A stretch of 44,066 nucleotides of DNA, from assembly GCA_048213135.1 (NCBI GenBank), contig PS015199.1, forward strand, positions 27,316 through 71,381, in the 5' to 3' direction. This DNA comes from Reclinomonas americana ATCC 50394. Lineage: Eukaryota. How positions within the stretch are numbered: position 1 is the first letter of the stretch; each line of letters opens with the position of its first letter. The notes under the pieces were generated by a model that worked only from the letters and a program-made list of their open reading frames with translations, did no database searches and was not told the origin of the DNA. Positions 33,801 to 44,066 of this stretch are shown here, piece by piece. Both the position numbers and the translations under genes were made by a program.

Positions 33801-35081
33801 AGAGGAGGAGGAGGAGAAGGAGGAGGAGGAGGTACACAACTCTCTCTCTCTCTCTCAACACACACACACACACACAAACACAAACTTCACTCACAGAGGG
33901 CTCAACGCGCAATCATCACATACGAGTTGTCAAAGAGGACCCTCTCCGCAATGAGACAAGTCACACAACTCACACACACAACTCACACTTACACAACGAC
34001 ACACTTCTCTCACAAAGAACAATCAAGAGACACACACAGAGAGAGAAAGAGATACTGCCACAGAGAGAGCGTGCCAAGCACACATATCCTCACACAACTG
34101 ACACACACACACACACACACTCTCTCTCTCTCTCCCTCTCCTTTACATAATAAGAGAACGCAACGAGGAAAATAGAGAGTATTACTCGACAAACTAATCA
34201 TCGACGACGCCACACTCACAAAAGGCACTCCACACACTCTCACAGACACACGAGAACAGAGAGAGAGAGAAAGAGAGAGAGAGGAAAAGAGAAACAAAGA
34301 GAGAGACAGTGCTCAACTGATCGCGCAATCATCACACAAGAGAGTTGTCAAAGAAAGCACAGAGAGAGAGAGGAGGAGGAGGAGAAGGAGGAGGAGGAGG
34401 AGGAGGTACACAACTCTCTCTCTCTCTCTCACATCACAACTTCACGCACAGAGGGCTCAATGTGCAATCATCACATACGAGTTGTCAAAGAGGACCCTCT
34501 CAGCAGTGAGACAAGTCACACAACTCACACTTACACAACGACACACTTCTCTCACAAAGAACAATCAAGAGACACACACAGAGAGAGAGATACTGCCACA
34601 GAGAGAGCGTGCCACACACATATCCTCACACAACTGACACACACACACACACACTCACTCTCTCTCTCTCTCTCCCTCTCTCTCCTTTACATAAGAGAAC
34701 GCAACGAGGAAAATAGAGAGTATTACTCGACAAACTAATCATCGACGACGCCACACTTGCAACGGCAGTGCGCGCCGGTTCCATGTCAACCTCGCCACCT
34801 GCTGCCGCCGCTGCCGCTGCTGCCGCTGGAGCCTGACCCACAATCGAAGCGGCAGCGGAGGCCGAGGAAATAACCAGCGTCGGCGGCGGTGGTTGATGTT
34901 GTGAATGTATGACGTGGTGCGCGGCGACGCCGAGTGGTTGTGGTGAGGTGGAGACGGAGGAGGGAGCGCTGCTGGCCTCGCCGCCGATGCCGCTGCTGAG
35001 GTGTGAGGAGAGCGGGGGTGAGGCGGCGGAGAGGAGTGGCGGGGAGGGTGAGTGCGGGGAGAGGACCCCGCTCCCTTCCAT
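30862..35081 (-). CDS. MSP (VAP-type) domain + coiled coil + C-terminal C3HC4 RING protein (putative E3 ligase)
   Basis: Exons 35081-34706, 33084-32923, 32863-32616, (possible exon ending ~32162 next to a gap), 31837-31574, 31317-31075, 31002-30862, all phase-compatible. MSP: TLYFPPPFD...LKLHN...YKVKTTAPTRYTVRPRNG...KDKFLIEY. RING: CKVC...ILQPCSHLCVCSKC...CPICR. Confidence 0.8.
33742..34757. repeat. ~450-480-bp direct duplication (33742-34217 and 34311-34757) in intron 1 of the MSP-RING gene
   Basis: Both copies start GCTCAACTGATCGCGCAATCATCACACAAGAGAGTTGTCAAAGAAAGC and end TATTACTCGACAAACTAATCATCGACGACGCCACACT. Degenerate related sequence at ~33470-33720. Confidence 0.92.
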
Positions 35082-35210
35082 TTTCTTTTGACAGAAGATG
35101 TTCGATTGGGGACAATTGCTAACGGCGGGGCGTCGCGGGACACGGTGATTGTGGGGGATGTGAGAGGATGCGGTTGTGATTGTCAAGGATGATGGATAGG
35201 AAAGTGGGCA

Positions 35211-35900
35211 GATGAGTGCGTGGTGGTTGCATTTTGCATTTTTGTTGTGATGTCGACGTCGCATTGTTCGGTTTGCGCTGGCCCCGCGCAGTGATTTTGT
35301 AACTGCGTATAGAGGTGGCCTCTGGTAGTCTGTGGCGATACAGAGTGTAGATGAGCGCGTGGCAGTTGCACCTTGCTCTTTTGGATATCGACGTTGCATT
35401 TTTGCGAATAGTTTTGGTGCGCAGCTGTGCCCGTGCGGCTGTGATAGTGCGTTCTGCTAATGTAGACGGAAGCGGTCTCTGGTATTCTTTGGCGGTACAC
35501 ATTGTAGAAGAGCGTAGTCGCCACAGTTTTGCGTTTCTGGGTAAATATCGACATCGCTTGTTTGCAATTTGCAACCGTTTTCGCGTGCAGCTTGACCCGT
35601 GCAGCTGATAAAGTGTGCTCTGCTTCAGTAAATGTAGGTGACCTCTACGATTCTGTGGCGATACAGAGTGTAGAAGAGCGTGATCGCTGCGCCAACAATT
35701 TCTTGTTGGCGATCACTGGTAGATGCTCATTGTTGTGTATTGATCAGTGAAGTTTCTATTATTACTAAATCTTGATCATGATATTGTCGTCGCGCTGTTC
35801 GCCTTTCGTTTTCTCGTGCAGCTTGGCCCATGCGGCTGTAATAGTGCGTTGTGCAAGTGTAAATGGAAGTGCCCTCTAGTATTCTGTGGCGATCGCGATA
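35211..35900. repeat. Degenerate ~135-160-bp satellite, left arm (~4 units)
   Basis: Core GATATCGACGTCGC...GCAGCTGGCCCGTGCGGCTG...AAGTGGCCTCTGGTATTCTGTGGCGATACAGAGTGTAG, with units starting near 35249, 35385, 35545 and 35780. Confidence 0.85.
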
Positions 35901-36149
35901 CATGCGAGAGACCACCTGCTGCTGACCGGTCGGTGGGCGATGCTCGATGGATGATCGTGAGCTTGGTTGCCTTCCTTCCTTCCTTCCTTCCTTTTTAAAA
36001 AAACGTGCAAGGGAACATAGATCGACGTCAATACATTTTCTTCTTTTTCTCACTCCAATTGTCGAGAGCTCTCGGCTACTCGACCTTGCAGCAGCGGCAG
36101 CAGCGGCGTGCACTTGCAGGGGTGGCACTGAGTGGGCGCACCCCGACAC

Positions 36150-37248
36150 TCAAAATGCTGGTGCATGATAGAGCACGACTTGCGCATCCTCGATGATGAA
36201 ACACCGCAGCACAATCTCCACCAAACACCGCGCGTCGCCATCGGCATCCGGCTGCATCTCAGTCACAACTTGGTGAGCACTCGCAGCAGCACGGAGTTCA
36301 GCATCCGCATGGCCGCGTGGCGTGACCCACACTCGTATGGTGTTGTCGTAGCTGCCACTCACAACGCGCTGGCCATCGGGCGCTACTGCCACTGTATAAA
36401 TCCCACTCGTGTGGCCTTCCAGTCGTTGCACCTCCTCGCCACTTGCCAGTGACCACACCAGCAAAATCTTGTCAGAACAGCCACTCACAATGTGCTGGCC
36501 ATCGCATGTCACGGCCACTGCATTCACGTAATGTGTATGGCCTTCCAGTCGGCGCTCCTCCTCGCCACTTGCCACTGACCAAACTCGTACAGTCTTGTCC
36601 CAACCGCCACACAGAATGTGCTGGCCATCGGGTGTCACGGCCACGGCGCTCACCAGACTTGTATGGCATTCCAGTCGGCGCACCTCCGCGCCAGTAGCCA
36701 GTGACCACACTCGAACAGTTCTGTCCAAACTGCCACTCGCAACAAGCTGGCCATCGGATGTCACGGCCACTGCACTCACACTGCGGGCATGACCTTCCAG
36801 TCGGCGCACCTCCTCGCCACCTGCCAGCGACCACACTCGTACAGTCTTGTCCTCACTACCACTCACAATGTGCAGGCCATCCGGGGTCACGGCCACTGCG
36901 TGCACAGACTCCTTGTGACCTTTCAGTCGGCGTACCTCCTCGCCACTTGCCAGTGACCACACTCCTACAGTTCTGTCCAAACTGCCGCTCACAACGTGCT
37001 GGCCATCGGGTGTCACCGCCACTGCATACACCGTTCTCGTGTGGCCTTCCAGTCGGCGCACCTCCTCGCCGCTTTCCAGTGACCACACTCGTACTGTCTT
37101 GTCATAACTGCCACTCACTACGTGCTGGCCATCGGGTGTCACAGCCACTGCATACACTGCATCCGAGTGGCCACGAAGAACCTTGCCGCCGACGCAGTAA
37201 GTAACATGCAAGCACGCAACTGCGACGAGCGCTCACCTTTGCCGCCAT
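36150..37248 (-). CDS. WD40-repeat protein, 7 high-identity 42-aa repeats plus a short C-terminal tail
   Basis: Exon 37248-37237 (MAAK), 55-nt intron GTGAGC...AAG (37236-37182), exon 37181-36150. Repeat consensus LEGHxxxVxAVAVTPDGQHVVSGSxDKTVRVWSLASGEEVRR. Confidence 0.92.
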
Positions 37249-37425
37249 GCCGTGTGCTTGTGGTAAGACAACGAAAGTCAGGGTGCGTGCGTTCGTCTCG
37301 CTGTGGGACACCACCTGCTGCTGTCGACGTCGATGGATTTCGATGATTGATGATGATTGATGGTGCGCGCGCTGTCGATGGACTCGATCCATGGATGCGC
37401 GCTGTCGCAGGAAGACTCTCTGCAG

Positions 37426-37632
37426 TAGAAAGTAAACCTAATGCTGCTGACCGGTCGGTGGGCGATGCGCGATCGCGATATCGATGGATGATCGTGAGCT
37501 TGGTTGCCTTCATTCCTTCCTTCCTTCCTTTTTTTTTTAAAAAAAATAGAAGTGGTAGTAGTAGTAGAAGGTAGTAGTATAGTCCAAGGTATAGCGACCA
37601 TCATCACCACCATTCATTAGGTTTACTTTCTA
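37426..37632. mobile_element. Candidate MITE: 16-bp perfect terminal inverted repeats flanked by TA
   Basis: TA-GAAAGTAAACCTAATG (37428-37443) ... CATTAGGTTTACTTTC (37615-37630)-TA. About 200 bp, non-coding. Confidence 0.5.
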
Positions 37633-37639
37633 TTAACCG

Positions 37640-38110
37640 CATTCTTGCAATTTTGATATCGACGTCGCATTGTTTGCCAGCACCGTTTGCTGGCTTGCAG
37701 CTGGACCCGTGCAGCTGCGAAAGTGTGCTCTACTTCTGTGGATGTATGCGGTCTCTGGGATTCTGTGGCGATACAGAGCGTAGATGAGTGCGAAGTGGCC
37801 GTAGTTCGAATTCTTTGATATCGACGTCGCGCTATTCGCCTCCGTTTTCTCGTGCAGTTGGGCCCGTGCGGCTGCAAAATTGCATTCTGCTAGTGTAAAT
37901 GAAAGTGGCCTCTGGTACTCTGTGGCGATACAGAGTGCAGAGGAATGGGAAACCGCATCTCTTGCAATTTTTATATCGATCGACGTCGTACCACGGGCTT
38001 CCGCGCACGTGCTGGCGTGCAGCTGTAGCTGCGTGGCTTTGAGAATGCGTCGTACTGCTGTAGATTGAAGTGGTCTCTGAGGGTGCCGCGACGAAGCAAG
38101 GCAGAAACCG
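37640..38110. repeat. Degenerate ~160-bp satellite, right arm (~3 units), same family and orientation as 35211-35900
   Basis: Units start near 37655, 37817 and 37975 with GATATCGACGTCG. The first two contain CTGTGGCGATACAGAG. Confidence 0.85.
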
Positions 38111-38312
38111 TGCTGCAACGTCGACAATGCATGCAAGCTGCACCTGCTCTGCCGCCTTGGCGACAACTGAGCGCATTCCAGCTACAACGCCACTAAGCAT
38201 GCACTACGCTCCACTCTCACGCTGACTTGCATGAGCAGTTGTGACGACGTCATCGTTGCTGCGGGACAACTCATTCTCACACTTTCTCTCTCTCCAACTC
38301 GCGCGCGCTCAC

Positions 38313-43417
<5,105 letters not shown>

Positions 43418-43489
43418 TAGGAGTGAGGGAGAGGGAGGGGGTGGGACAGAGAGAGAGAGAGAGACAGAGGGGACAGAGAGAGAGAACGT

Positions 43490-43860
43490 CACACGTTTCC
43501 TCTGGGTTCACTTAATACTGATCTGCTCATTTGCAACCTCGCATGGAGAGAGAGGGAAAGAGACATGCGTTAAGAGAGAAAATTGAGAAAGTCGCCGGTA
43601 GCCTCAGCTTGCACCTGACACTGATCTGCTCATTTGCAACCTCGCATGCAGTGAGAGGGTGAGTGGGAGACCGGCAGTGAGAGCGAAAGAGAGAAGGTCA
43701 CACGTCTTTCCACAGTATGCACTTGAGACTGTTCTGTTCTTTTTGCTGCCTTGGAGCGGGAGGGAGATAGAACGAGAGAGGCAAACATACAAAAAGAGTG
43801 AGAATTGAAAGAAGGTTACACGTTTCCTCAGCTTGCACTTGACCATGATCTACTCCTTTG
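43490..43860. repeat. Degenerate ~105-bp tandem repeat (~4 units) in a CNNM intron
   Basis: Recurring ACACGTTTCC / CAGCTTGCAC(C/T)TGA / ACTGATCTGCTCATTTGCAACCTCGCATG motifs. Confidence 0.7.
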
Positions 43861-43893
43861 GAGAGGGGAGAGACTAAGAACGCAGAGACAGAC

Positions 43894-43967
<74 letters not shown>

Positions 43968-44066
43968 GACGTACGTACGTACGTACGTACGTACGTACTA
44001 CGTACGTACTACGTACGTACGTACGTACGTACGTACGTACGTTACGTTACGTTACGTTACGTACGT

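Noticed and set aside
36443-37204. Antisense and alternate-frame ORFs over the WD40 and NHL genes
   Set aside because: They are shadows of GC-rich repetitive coding sequence.
35211-38110. Satellite units translating to weakly ankyrin-like STLCIATEYQRP
   Set aside because: Unit lengths and frames are inconsistent and there is no convincing ankyrin consensus.
43968-44066. (TACG)n runs here and at 20-36, 7850-7899 and 8790-8890 that resemble telomeric or novel repeats
   Set aside because: They always follow long microsatellites at contig ends and match the T-A-C-G pyrosequencing flow order, so they are probably sequencing artefacts.

Overview
Draft genomic DNA from an intron-rich unicellular eukaryote. 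The taxon cannot be identified from this window. It is rich in microsatellites, has several N gaps, and shows TACG-cycle sequencing artefacts. The supplied ORF track is mostly misleading because the genes are spliced (roughly 90-100 modelled introns, mostly 55-90 nt). Manual splicing gives nine genes: an unknown minus-strand gene; an AP-4 sigma subunit (partial); a Sad/GabD1-type succinate-semialdehyde dehydrogenase (partial); two tandem paralogues of a large secreted FN3-like/NHL-propeller/cadherin-like/PAN protein; a Cys-rich PUB+UBX-like p97 cofactor; an MSP-domain+RING E3 ligase; a 7-repeat high-identity WD40 gene embedded in a satellite array; and a CNNM/DUF21-CBS Mg2+ transporter (partial). 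The most striking signal is unusual splicing. (1) A conserved Gly codon of the CNNM gene appears to be assembled from three exons via two consecutive 1-nt exons. (2) The same gene has an AT-AC intron lacking the U12 signature. (3) About a fifth of donors use a +1-shifted motif (GTTGCG), always after a non-G exon end. (4) There are further 2-16 nt microexons and a GC-AG intron. All gene models are inferred from DNA only and need RNA-seq confirmation.
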